NCBI GenBank assembly: GCA_046485285.1
Contig: JAWOHE010000066.1
Span: forward strand, 1 to 17,441
Source of the DNA: a bacterium
GTDB taxonomy: Bacteria; Hydrothermota; Tepidihabitantia; Tepidihabitantales; Tepidihabitantaceae
Reading direction: 5' to 3'
DNA length: 17,441 nt
The position numbers and the translations under genes are program-made. The notes under the pieces were generated by a model, which searched no databases, was not told where the DNA came from, and saw only the letters and a list, made by a program, of their open reading frames with translations. Below, piece after piece: positions 1 through 6,933 of this stretch; the stretch's first letter is position 1, and every line of letters begins with the position of its first letter.

Positions 1-99
1 CGCGGCCGCCTCCTTCAGATTCATGCTGCCGGCATCCACCAGCGTGAAGACCTGTGTCAGCTTCAGCAATCTAGCCTCCGGTCTGATGTGAAACACCAT
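1..99 (-). CDS. 5' part of a helix-turn-helix protein (resembles N-termini of ISNCY-type transposases/HTH regulators); runs off window edge
   Basis: Not in ORF track. ATG at 99-97 preceded by GGAGG (109-105); reads MVFHIRPEARLLKLTQVFTLVDAGSMNLKEAAA with no stop. 'V..G.M..KEAA' resembles the first HTH helix. Only 33 codons visible. Confidence 0.6.
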   Translation of the reverse strand, partial: MVFHIRPEARLLKLTQVFTLVDAGSMNLKEAAA

Positions 100-138
100 G
101 GCTTCCTCCAGTCGTAGCCGGAGCAAGCTTGCCCGAGA

Positions 139-186
139 AGTTGCGATTCTGAAGTTGGAAACATAGTTGCGGTTCCGGAGTTGGAA
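139..186. repeat. 22-bp imperfect direct repeat pair between divergent genes
   Basis: AGTTGCGATTCTGAAGTTGGAA (139-160) vs AGTTGCGGTTCCGGAGTTGGAA (165-186), 19/22 identical; AGTTG occurs at 139, 153, 165, 179. Confidence 0.8.
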
Positions 187-197
187 CGACACCTCGG

Positions 198-226
198 TTG
201 ACGAGTGAAGACGCGCGGTCTATACT
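198..226 (+). promoter_or_regulatory. sigma70-type promoter of methyltransferase gene
   Basis: TTGACG (198-203), 17 bp, TATACT (221-226). Confidence 0.75.
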
Positions 227-231
227 GCAAC

Positions 232-783
232 GTGAATCGCCGGGGCGACAGCTCGATGGCCGCTTGGACGGACTTCCGATTCCTCAGAATGATGGCCGTG
301 TACGGAGTCGTGGACCTGTTCTCAAGCGCGGAGCGACGAATGCGCCGCCTGCCCCTGCGACCGGGGATGACCGTAGTGGACTACGCGTGCGGTCCGGGCA
401 GATACGCCATCGACATTGCCCGTCGGGTCGGCCCCTCAGGCAAGGTGCACGCCATTGACGTCCAGCCGCTCGCAATCTCGACCGTGAGGAGCAAGGCAAG
501 ACGAGCGGGGCTTGCCAATATCGAAGTTCATCTTGTCGATTCCTGCTACACGGGCCTTCAAGGTAGCTGCGCGGACCTTGTCATCCTGCTCGACGCATTC
601 TACACAATCGGGAACCGGGGTGCGTTGCTTCAGGAGGTCCGGCGGCTCCTGAGGCAAGGGGGGACGTTCTTGCTTGAACCAGGGAACATGGACCACGACT
701 ACGCCCGGGAACTCGTGGCCGCGACGGGCGTGTTTGCGTTCCGCGAGAAGCGCGGACGAGACCAGTGGTACTCGGCGGTCTAG
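232..783 (+). CDS. Class I SAM-dependent methyltransferase (UbiE/Methyltransf_11/31-like)
   Basis: Motif I VVDYACGPG, acidic motif AIDVQ, ADLVILLD, LRQGGTF. The ORF-track start (205) lies inside the promoter spacer; likely start is GTG 232 or ATG 256. Confidence 0.88.
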   Translation: MNRRGDSSMAAWTDFRFLRMMAVYGVVDLFSSAERRMRRLPLRPGMTVVDYACGPGRYAIDIARRVGPSGKVHAIDVQPLAISTVRSKARRAGLANIEVHLVDSCYTGLQGSCADLVILLDAFYTIGNRGALLQEVRRLLRQGGTFLLEPGNMDHDYARELVAATGVFAFREKRGRDQWYSAV

Positions 784-885
784 GAACTGGCTGACTGGGC
801 GCCAAGGCCACTACTACTTTCCTCTTCGCTGTTGCACAGGGACCGGGCTGAATGCGTTCGCGCCGACCGGAATCGCGCGCGCCAT

Positions 886-2292
886 TCACCATACCGAGTG
901 ATCTTCGAGCCGGATGTGTTCCTGGCCGAGGAAGCGCTCGGTCCGGATACTCCGGCCCTTGCTGACCAGTTCGCGCCGGATGATGTCGAACTGGCCGTGG
1001 AGCAGGCGGAGCAGCTCGGTGCGCGGGGCGCGGGAGAGCGGGCGGAGGTCGGCGAGCGCGGCAGGGAAGTCGAGCCGGGACGCGCCGGGCGCTAGCGGGC
1101 CGCCGGGCGCGCGCCACTCGGTCGGGCCGGAGCCGATTTTCGCCCCGGCCGGTAAGAAGGCGCGCAGGCGACCGTGGCCGACGCTGAGGTCGACGCGGCC
1201 CGAGGCCGGCAGCGGGAACGCGCGCGGCCCGGCGATGCGGACCGGGCGGTTGAAGCCGAGTCTGAGGCTCGTGCCGGCCGGGATTTCGGGCAGGACGACC
1301 ACGCCGCCGGCGCCGCGCAGGGATTCCGGGGCGGTGCAGCAGACGCCGGAGGGCAGCTCGAGCTGGACGCTGGCGGCCGGTCCCGGGCCGGCATTGAGCG
1401 CGTAGCAATCGCGGCCGCGCGCGAGCCAGAACTGCCCTTGGATGACCTGCAGGCGGTCCATCACCGCGCCGGTCGTCGCCTGCCAGATATCGCGCTCGGA
1501 CCGGAGCCGTTCGACTCCTTCCCGGAAGGCCGGGGTGACGCCGCCGTCCGCGGCGTAGCGGTGGAGGTACTGGTAGAGAACGGTCAGGCCGCGGTCGCGC
1601 TTGAGCCGGGCCAGCGCCGGCGCGGACGTGCAGTCGCGGAAGCTGCGCTTGGTGGCGCTGAACCAGCCCGCGACGAGCGGCTTATCGGTCTCGAACCAGG
1701 GCATTGAGGGGTTGGCGGCGAGCGTGTTGGTGTTGCGGGTCCGGAACAGCCGGACCTGCCGGATGCGCGCGCGGCAGGCGTCGCCCCAGAAGTACAGGCT
1801 CGACTCGACCTCGCCCGAGCACCGGTGGCGGGAGTAGAGCCGGAGCAGGGCTCGGGTGAGCGGGTCGGGCGCGACCTTGTGTTCCCAGTACGGGTTGTCG
1901 GCGTTCTTGGCGTGGCAGATGTGGGTCCGGGGCGGGCCGAATTCACCGGCGACGAGGTCGAGCGCGGCGAGGGTTCGCTCGCGCCGGTTGTTGCCGGCCG
2001 AGGCGCCGTGCAGGCAGATTTCGAAACCGGAGGCGGCAAGCTCGCGGCAGTACGCGCGGTAGTCCGGGTCCTCGAGGGTGACGCCGCGCAGGATTGACGG
2101 CGGTGCGGCCGGGATGCCGCAGGGTTCGTCGGGGGTGAAGGCCCAGACCGTGCGGGTCACCGGCAGGCCGGCGCGCTGGAGGAAGCCGTACACGCGGCGG
2201 AACGATTCGAGGTCGGTCGCGTCGCAATCGTCGGTGATGCAGAACCCGGCCCGGTACGGGTGGGGCGGCCAGAGCAGGCGCGCTTCATGCAT
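886..2292 (-). CDS. Polysaccharide deacetylase-like (CE4/NodB-fold) hypothetical protein with C-terminal extension, 468 aa
   Basis: AGFCITDDCD (TxDD-like motif), GFEICLHG, THICH, YFWGD, YQYLH; GC3-rich codon usage. Start taken at ATG 2292 just downstream of a promoter, not at 2673. Confidence 0.7.
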   Translation of the reverse strand: MHEARLLWPPHPYRAGFCITDDCDATDLESFRRVYGFLQRAGLPVTRTVWAFTPDEPCGIPAAPPSILRGVTLEDPDYRAYCRELAASGFEICLHGASAGNNRRERTLAALDLVAGEFGPPRTHICHAKNADNPYWEHKVAPDPLTRALLRLYSRHRCSGEVESSLYFWGDACRARIRQVRLFRTRNTNTLAANPSMPWFETDKPLVAGWFSATKRSFRDCTSAPALARLKRDRGLTVLYQYLHRYAADGGVTPAFREGVERLRSERDIWQATTGAVMDRLQVIQGQFWLARGRDCYALNAGPGPAASVQLELPSGVCCTAPESLRGAGGVVVLPEIPAGTSLRLGFNRPVRIAGPRAFPLPASGRVDLSVGHGRLRAFLPAGAKIGSGPTEWRAPGGPLAPGASRLDFPAALADLRPLSRAPRTELLRLLHGQFDIIRRELVSKGRSIRTERFLGQEHIRLEDHSVW

Positions 2293-2308
2293 CAGCGTTT
2301 CCGGGATG

Positions 2309-2336
2309 ATGCTAGCCCGCCCGGCTACCCGGTCAA
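2309..2336 (-). promoter_or_regulatory. sigma70-type promoter of CE4-like gene
   Basis: Minus strand TTGACC (2336-2331), 16 bp, TAGCAT (2314-2309); ATG 16 nt downstream, no SD. Confidence 0.65.
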
Positions 2337-2481
2337 GCCGCGGCCCGACCGCTCCTGCCCTCTCGACCGCAAGCACCATTCCAATCAGCCGCTCTTGTTG
2401 ATACTCCCGGCTCAGGCCCGGCGGCCGGGCAGCAGCGCACCCGCGCCGGTCCACGCTGCGGCGTGCTGCCCGGGGCGGCGT

Positions 2482-2619
2482 CTGTTGCTGGACGCGACTG
2501 GGCTCAAGGTGTTGGACCTGGAGCCGGGCAAGAACGATGTCCGGCACCTGAGCCCGGGTGTCTACTTCGTCCGCCGGCAGGACACCGGCGAATCCAGCCG
2601 GCTGGTACTGGCGAGGCAA
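2482..2619 (+). pseudogene. Orphan remnant of a C-terminal secretion/sorting tail (T9SS type A CTD-like, WOR-3 style)
   Basis: LLLDATGLKVLDLEPGKNDVRHLSPGVYFVRRQDTGESSRLVLAR matches the 'D.tG+.V...L..GvYfv.....kvv' tail pattern; CAA sits where a stop is expected; no credible upstream start or body. Confidence 0.65.
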
Positions 2620-2690
2620 GGCTTCGGCAGACGACCGGAGCGCTTCGAACCGCACCCGGACCCCCACCCCCACCTGCCTTCCCCTAGCGG

Positions 2691-2718
2691 CCCCGGGAAC
2701 CGTCCCGGGGATATCCCC
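2691..2718. repeat. Overlapping inverted repeats
   Basis: CCCCGGGA-accg-TCCCGGGG (2691-2710) overlapping palindrome GGGGATATCCCC (2707-2718). Confidence 0.6.
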
Positions 2719-2889
2719 CCTGCTGTCAAAGCTCGGTCGGTGTGTGACTTACGTTCTGATGCCCAGAAAGGGCCCGCGAGCGGCTCCGGCGCGAATCTGC
2801 CGCCGAAGGCTTGGACCCGACGGTGCTGATTGCGGTCCGCCGGGTGGCTTCGGCATCGGGGCCGGAGAGGAAGATGGGGGAGAAGCGGC

Positions 2890-3036
2890 CTCGGACGTCA
2901 GGTTGCCGAGTGCGGAGGGCGGAATCAGACCCGAAGGCAGATGGGGAAGGGTGAGAAGGAAGGGGAGAATTGCGAAGGGTGAGGAGGGAAGGGACGAAGG
3001 GAGAGCGCGGAAGCCGGAAGGGCGGAAGCGGAAGTG
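2890..3036. repeat. Degenerate 7-nt periodic purine-rich tandem repeat tract
   Basis: From 2946: gaagggt gagaagg aagggga gaattgc gaagggt gaggagg gaaggga cgaaggg agagcgc ggaagcc ggaaggg cggaagc ggaagtg; weaker periodicity extends leftward. Confidence 0.65.
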
Positions 3037-3132
3037 TCGTAAAGGGATTTCTCCACTGCGCGGAGGCGTGAATGACAGGATGATCCAAGGTATCTTTGTG
3101 TTTGAGTCCGCACCGGTGGCGGTCTGGCGTCC

Positions 3133-3160
3133 TTGAATCCGCGATTCCCTGTGGTATAGT
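3133..3160 (+). promoter_or_regulatory. sigma70-type promoter of NTPase-vor operon
   Basis: TTGAAT (3133-3138), 16 bp, extended -10 TGg-TATAGT (3152-3160). Confidence 0.7.
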
Positions 3161-3172
3161 TGCCGTCCAACC

Positions 3173-3973
3173 GTGAAGCGACCAGAGTTCGTGCAGGCCG
3201 AGAACATGACAGGGCCTGCCGGCGTCGGGCCCGTCGAGGCGTTCGTCGGCGCCGGGGAGCTCCTGGCCGGACTGCGCCGGGTGTGCGCCTTCGGCGGTGG
3301 CTTCGGCTCGGGCAAGAGCGAAGTCGCGGTGAATTTCGCGGTCGCGCTGGTGTCGGCGGGACGGCGCGTCCGGCTGGCCGACCTCGACATCGTCAACCCC
3401 TATTTCCGGAGCCGCGAGGCGCGGGAGCCGCTGCGCGCGGCCGGGGTCGAGCTGCTGCTGCCGTCCGAGGAGATGATGTCGGCCGACATGCCGGTCATCC
3501 CGCCCGAGGTGCGGGGCGCGCTCGCGTCGGGCGGCGGGACGCTCGTCCTCGACCTCGGCGGCGGGCCGGTCGGTGCGCGGGTGATGGCGAGCATCGCCGA
3601 CGCGTTGGTGCCGGGTGAGTGTGACGGGATGTTCGTGCTGAACTCGCGCCGGCCGTTCACCAGCACGGTCGCGGGCGCGGTGCGGATGATGCGGGACATC
3701 GAGCGGGTGTCGGGTCTGACAATGAATCGCGTGGTGGTGAATTCCCACCTGATTGACGAGACCGATGCTGGCGTCGTCGGCGAGGGCGTCACGCTGGCCC
3801 GGGAGGTCTGCGCCGAAACCGGGGCGTCGGTCGCTTTCGTCGCGGTCGAGCGTGAGCTGGCCGGCAGGCTGGACCGGGCCGCGGCCGGCTACCCGCTGCT
3901 GCTGATCGACCGCCGCCTGCTCAAGCCGTGGGAGCAGCCGGCTCGTCCGGGTTCGACAGGATTCCGGCCTTGA
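3173..3973 (+). CDS. P-loop NTPase of unknown function (MinD/CobQ-like SIMIBI class) leading the vor operon
   Basis: Walker A GGFGSGKSE, ADLDIVNPYFRSRE, LVLDLGG, VLNSRRPFT, VVNSHL. Start GTG 3173 or ATG 3206. Confidence 0.85.
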   Translation: MKRPEFVQAENMTGPAGVGPVEAFVGAGELLAGLRRVCAFGGGFGSGKSEVAVNFAVALVSAGRRVRLADLDIVNPYFRSREAREPLRAAGVELLLPSEEMMSADMPVIPPEVRGALASGGGTLVLDLGGGPVGARVMASIADALVPGECDGMFVLNSRRPFTSTVAGAVRMMRDIERVSGLTMNRVVVNSHLIDETDAGVVGEGVTLAREVCAETGASVAFVAVERELAGRLDRAAAGYPLLLIDRRLLKPWEQPARPGSTGFRP

Positions 3974-3981
3974 GGAGTGAT

Positions 3982-4203
3982 ATGGCGAAGAAGAAACCAA
4001 CGGTGACCATCGACCGCAACCTCTGCAAGGGTTGCGAGCTCTGCGTCGGCGCGTGCCCGAAAGAGGTGCTGGCGCTGTCCAAGGAGATCAACGACAAGGG
4101 CTATTTCTGTGCCGAGGTCGTCAACCAGCCGGCGTGCATCGCCTGCCGTTTCTGCGGGATGATCTGCCCGGACGTGGCGATAACGATAACGGTCGAGGAG
4201 TGA
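3982..4203 (+). CDS. vorC: 2x[4Fe-4S] ferredoxin, delta subunit of 2-oxoacid:ferredoxin oxidoreductase
   Basis: CKGCELCVGACP and CIACRFCGMICP; SD GAGGAG before ATG 3982. Confidence 0.92.
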   Translation: MAKKKPTVTIDRNLCKGCELCVGACPKEVLALSKEINDKGYFCAEVVNQPACIACRFCGMICPDVAITITVEE

Positions 4204-4210
4204 GGGCAAG

Positions 4211-5278
4211 ATGGCCAAAGTCCTGATGAAGGGTAACGAGGCGATCGGCGAGGCCGGCATCCGGGCCGGCGGGTTGTGCTATTTCTGCTACCCGATTACG
4301 CCCCAGAGCGAGGTCGCGGAGTACCTGTCGCGGCGGATGCCCGAGGCCGGCGGCGCCTTCCTGCAGGGCGAGAGCGAGGTCGCGGTATCGAACATGCTCT
4401 ACGGCGCGGCCGGCGCCGGCGTGCGCTGCTGGACGACTTCGTCGAGCCCGGGCATCAGCCTGATGATGGAGGCGCTGTCCTACATCGCGGCGGCGGAGCT
4501 GCCCTGCGTTATAGTGAACATCGTCCGGACCGGGCCGGGGCTGGGCGGAATCCTGCCGTCCCAGGGCGACTACCGGCAGGCGGTGAAGGGGGGCGGGCAC
4601 GGTGACTACCGCTGCCTGGTTTACGCGCCGTCGTCGGTGCAGGAGGCGGTCGACCTGATGCCCCTGGCTTTCGACCGGGCCGACCGCTACCGGAACCCGG
4701 TGCTGGTCATCGGCGACGGGATGATCGGGCAGATGATGGAACCGGTCGAGTTCAAGGAGCACGAGTTCCCGCCCCTGCCGCCGAAGGACTGGGCGACCGA
4801 CGGCTGCAAGGGCCGCAAGCCGAATGTCGTCAACTCGCTGTACCTCGACCCGGTCGCCGAGGAGCAGCTCAACCAGAAGCTGGTCGTCAAGTACGAGCAG
4901 ATGAAGCGGAACGAGGTGATGTTCGAGGAGTACGGGACCGACCGGCCCTACGAGGTGCTGTTCGTCGCCTATGGGACGACGGCACGGGTCTGCAAGACGG
5001 CGATTCACAGGCTCCGGGAGGCGGGCATCGGCGCGGCGCTCTTGCGGCCGGTGACGCTCTTCCCGTTCCCGGCCCAGCGGCTGGGCGAGCTTGCCAGGCC
5101 GGCGCGGTTCCTGATGTCGGTCGAGATGAGCACCGGCCAGATGCTCGAGGACATCGAGCTCGCGGTCTGCTGCAGCCGGCCGGTGCATTTCTACGGCCGG
5201 CAGGGTGGCATCGTCCCGACGCCCGAGGAGGTGGTCGAGGAAGTGGAGCGGCGTCTGACCGAGGGAGGTGGCCGATGA
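4211..5278 (+). CDS. vorB: 2-oxoacid (2-ketoisovalerate-type):ferredoxin oxidoreductase alpha subunit
   Basis: MKGNEAIGEA, YPITPQSE, QGESE, TTSSSPGISLM, RTGPGLG, PSQGDY, GGGHGDY, VEMSTGQM. Confidence 0.93.
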   Translation: MAKVLMKGNEAIGEAGIRAGGLCYFCYPITPQSEVAEYLSRRMPEAGGAFLQGESEVAVSNMLYGAAGAGVRCWTTSSSPGISLMMEALSYIAAAELPCVIVNIVRTGPGLGGILPSQGDYRQAVKGGGHGDYRCLVYAPSSVQEAVDLMPLAFDRADRYRNPVLVIGDGMIGQMMEPVEFKEHEFPPLPPKDWATDGCKGRKPNVVNSLYLDPVAEEQLNQKLVVKYEQMKRNEVMFEEYGTDRPYEVLFVAYGTTARVCKTAIHRLREAGIGAALLRPVTLFPFPAQRLGELARPARFLMSVEMSTGQMLEDIELAVCCSRPVHFYGRQGGIVPTPEEVVEEVERRLTEGGGR

Positions 5279-6054
5279 AGACGATTTTCGAGCGGCCGAT
5301 GGCGTTGGCGGCCCGGCCGACGCACTACTGCCCCGGCTGCACGCACGGCGTGGCCCACCGGCTCATCGCCGAGGTCCTGGACGAGCTCGACCTGCGCGAG
5401 CGGACCGTCGGCATCGCCCCGGTCGGCTGTTCGGTGCTGGCGTTCAACTACTTCAACTTCGACTTCCAGCAGGCGGCGCACGGCCGGGCGCCGGCGCTCG
5501 CGACCGGCATCAAGCGCGGCCGGCCGGACCTCATCGTCTTCACCTACCAGGGCGACGGCGACCTGGCGTCGATCGGGATGGGCGAGATCGTCCACGCCGC
5601 GAACCGCGGCGAGAAGTTCACCGTCATCTTCATCAACAACGCGATCTACGGGATGACCGGCGGGCAGATGGCACCAACGACGATGCCGGGCCAGGTGACG
5701 ACGACCTCGCCGCTCGGCCGCAACACCGCCGACGTCGGCTACCCGGTCCGGATGTGCGAGCTGCTGGCGAGCCTGCGGACGCCGGCGTTCGTCGAGCGCG
5801 TCGCGGTCCACCGGCCGAAGTACATCGTCCAGGCCCGGCGGGCGATCCTGAAGGCGTTCCGATACCAGGTTGAGAACCGCTGTTTCAGTTTCGTCGAGTG
5901 CCTCTCGACCTGCCCGACGAACTGGGGCCTGACCCCGGCGAAGGCGCAGGACTGGCTCGATGAGCAGATGATGCCGTACTACCCGCTCGGGAACTTCAAG
6001 GACCCAAACCAGGAGCAGGCCGCCGCGGCAGGGGAGGCCGGCAATGCAGACTGA
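5275..6054 (+). CDS. vorA: 2-oxoacid:ferredoxin oxidoreductase beta (TPP-binding) subunit
   Basis: HYCPGCTHG, PVGCS, HGRAPA, TPP motif QGDGD...INNAIYGMTGGQ, CPTNW; ATGA overlap with upstream gene. Confidence 0.92.
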   Translation: MKTIFERPMALAARPTHYCPGCTHGVAHRLIAEVLDELDLRERTVGIAPVGCSVLAFNYFNFDFQQAAHGRAPALATGIKRGRPDLIVFTYQGDGDLASIGMGEIVHAANRGEKFTVIFINNAIYGMTGGQMAPTTMPGQVTTTSPLGRNTADVGYPVRMCELLASLRTPAFVERVAVHRPKYIVQARRAILKAFRYQVENRCFSFVECLSTCPTNWGLTPAKAQDWLDEQMMPYYPLGNFKDPNQEQAAAAGEAGNAD

Positions 6055-6589
6055 AGTTGTCTTCGCGGGTTTCGGCGGCCAGGGCGTGATGCTGGCCGGC
6101 AAGATCCTCGCCGAGACCGGGATGGTGCTCGGCAAGGAGGTGGTCTGGCTGCCGTCCTACGGCCCGGAGATGCGCGGCGGCACCGCCAACTGCACGGTCA
6201 TCATCGCCGACGAGCCGATTGCCTCGCCGATCATCCTGCACCCCCGCGACGCGGTCGTGATGAACCGGCCATCGCTCGACAAGTTCTGCTCGCTGATGCG
6301 GCCGGGCGGCTTCGCGGTCGTCAACAAGTCGCTGATCCCCGTCGACCCGGCGCGCGACGACGTCACAGTCGTCAACGTCAACGCGAACCAGGTCGCGATC
6401 GAGGCCGGCACCGGCAAGGCCGCGAACATGGTGATGCTCGGCGCCTACGTCGGCGCGACCGACATCGTGCCCTACGACGCCCTGCTCGAGCAGGCGAAGC
6501 AGGAGTTTGCGAAGAAGCCGAAGTTCGTCCCGGTGAACGTCAAGTGCATTGACGAGGGCTACCGGGCGGGCCGGCTCGCCCGCGGCTGA
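6044..6589 (+). CDS. 2-oxoacid:ferredoxin oxidoreductase gamma subunit (PorC/KorC family)
   Basis: AGFGGQGV, PSYGPEMRGGTANC, NMVMLGA; SD GGAGG. Confidence 0.93.
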   Translation: MQTEVVFAGFGGQGVMLAGKILAETGMVLGKEVVWLPSYGPEMRGGTANCTVIIADEPIASPIILHPRDAVVMNRPSLDKFCSLMRPGGFAVVNKSLIPVDPARDDVTVVNVNANQVAIEAGTGKAANMVMLGAYVGATDIVPYDALLEQAKQEFAKKPKFVPVNVKCIDEGYRAGRLARG

Positions 6590-6603
6590 CGCGGGCCGGC
6601 CGG

Positions 6604-6933
6604 TCAGTCGCCGGGCTCGAGCAGCCCGCGGATCGCGAGGAGCTCGCGTTTGAGCGCGAGCAGCTTGGCGCGGTCGTCCTTGAAGTCAAGCGCCTGCTGT
6701 TTCGCCCGCGGCCGGGCGAGCCTGCGCCGGGCGCCCTCGACCGTCAGCCCCTCGCGCCGGACCATGTGCTTGATGAGCCGCAGTTTCTCGAGCTGGTCGT
6801 CGGAGTAGATCCGGCGACCGGCGCTGTTGCGCTTGACCTTGAGGTCGAACTCGCGCTCCCAGTAGCGGAGGATGTGGGGCTCGACCTTGAGCAGGCGGCA
6901 GACCGCCGTCACGCTGTGGTAGCGTTCTACCAC
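6604..6933 (-). CDS. Small MerR-family HTH transcriptional regulator
   Basis: YHSVTAVCRLLKVEPHILRYWE...GRRIYS...EGLTVEGARRRL; SD GGAGGA; overlaps gpsA stop. Confidence 0.88.
   Translation of the reverse strand: MVERYHSVTAVCRLLKVEPHILRYWEREFDLKVKRNSAGRRIYSDDQLEKLRLIKHMVRREGLTVEGARRRLARPRAKQQALDFKDDRAKLLALKRELLAIRGLLEPGD

Noticed and set aside
139..186. CRISPR array or iteron origin
   Set aside because: Only two imperfect units with a 4-bp gap; no spacers, cas genes or rep gene visible.
2293..2673. 127-codon N-terminal extension of ORF 886..2673 (595 aa)
   Set aside because: It spans the gene's own promoter and is the antisense of the CTD remnant; no protein-like features.
2713..2729. Minus-strand TTGACAGCAGGGG identical to the start of the apgM promoter
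   Set aside because: No -10 hexamer at 16-18 bp; probably chance or a decayed promoter.
2260..3136. ORFs 2260..2829, 2558..3136, 2749..3396 and 2925..3170 as real genes
   Set aside because: Low-complexity Pro/Arg/Ser translations of repeats and palindromes; no SD or promoter support. Only the 45-aa CTD segment looks protein-derived.
4121..6135. Long antisense ORFs (4121..5188, 5191..6135; likewise 10395..11420, 14573..15901)
   Set aside because: Shadow ORFs expected opposite GC3-rich genes; no recognisable motifs.
6580..6603. Intrinsic terminator between convergent vor and merR genes
   Set aside because: A short CCCGCG/CGCGGG hairpin exists but has no U-tract on either strand.
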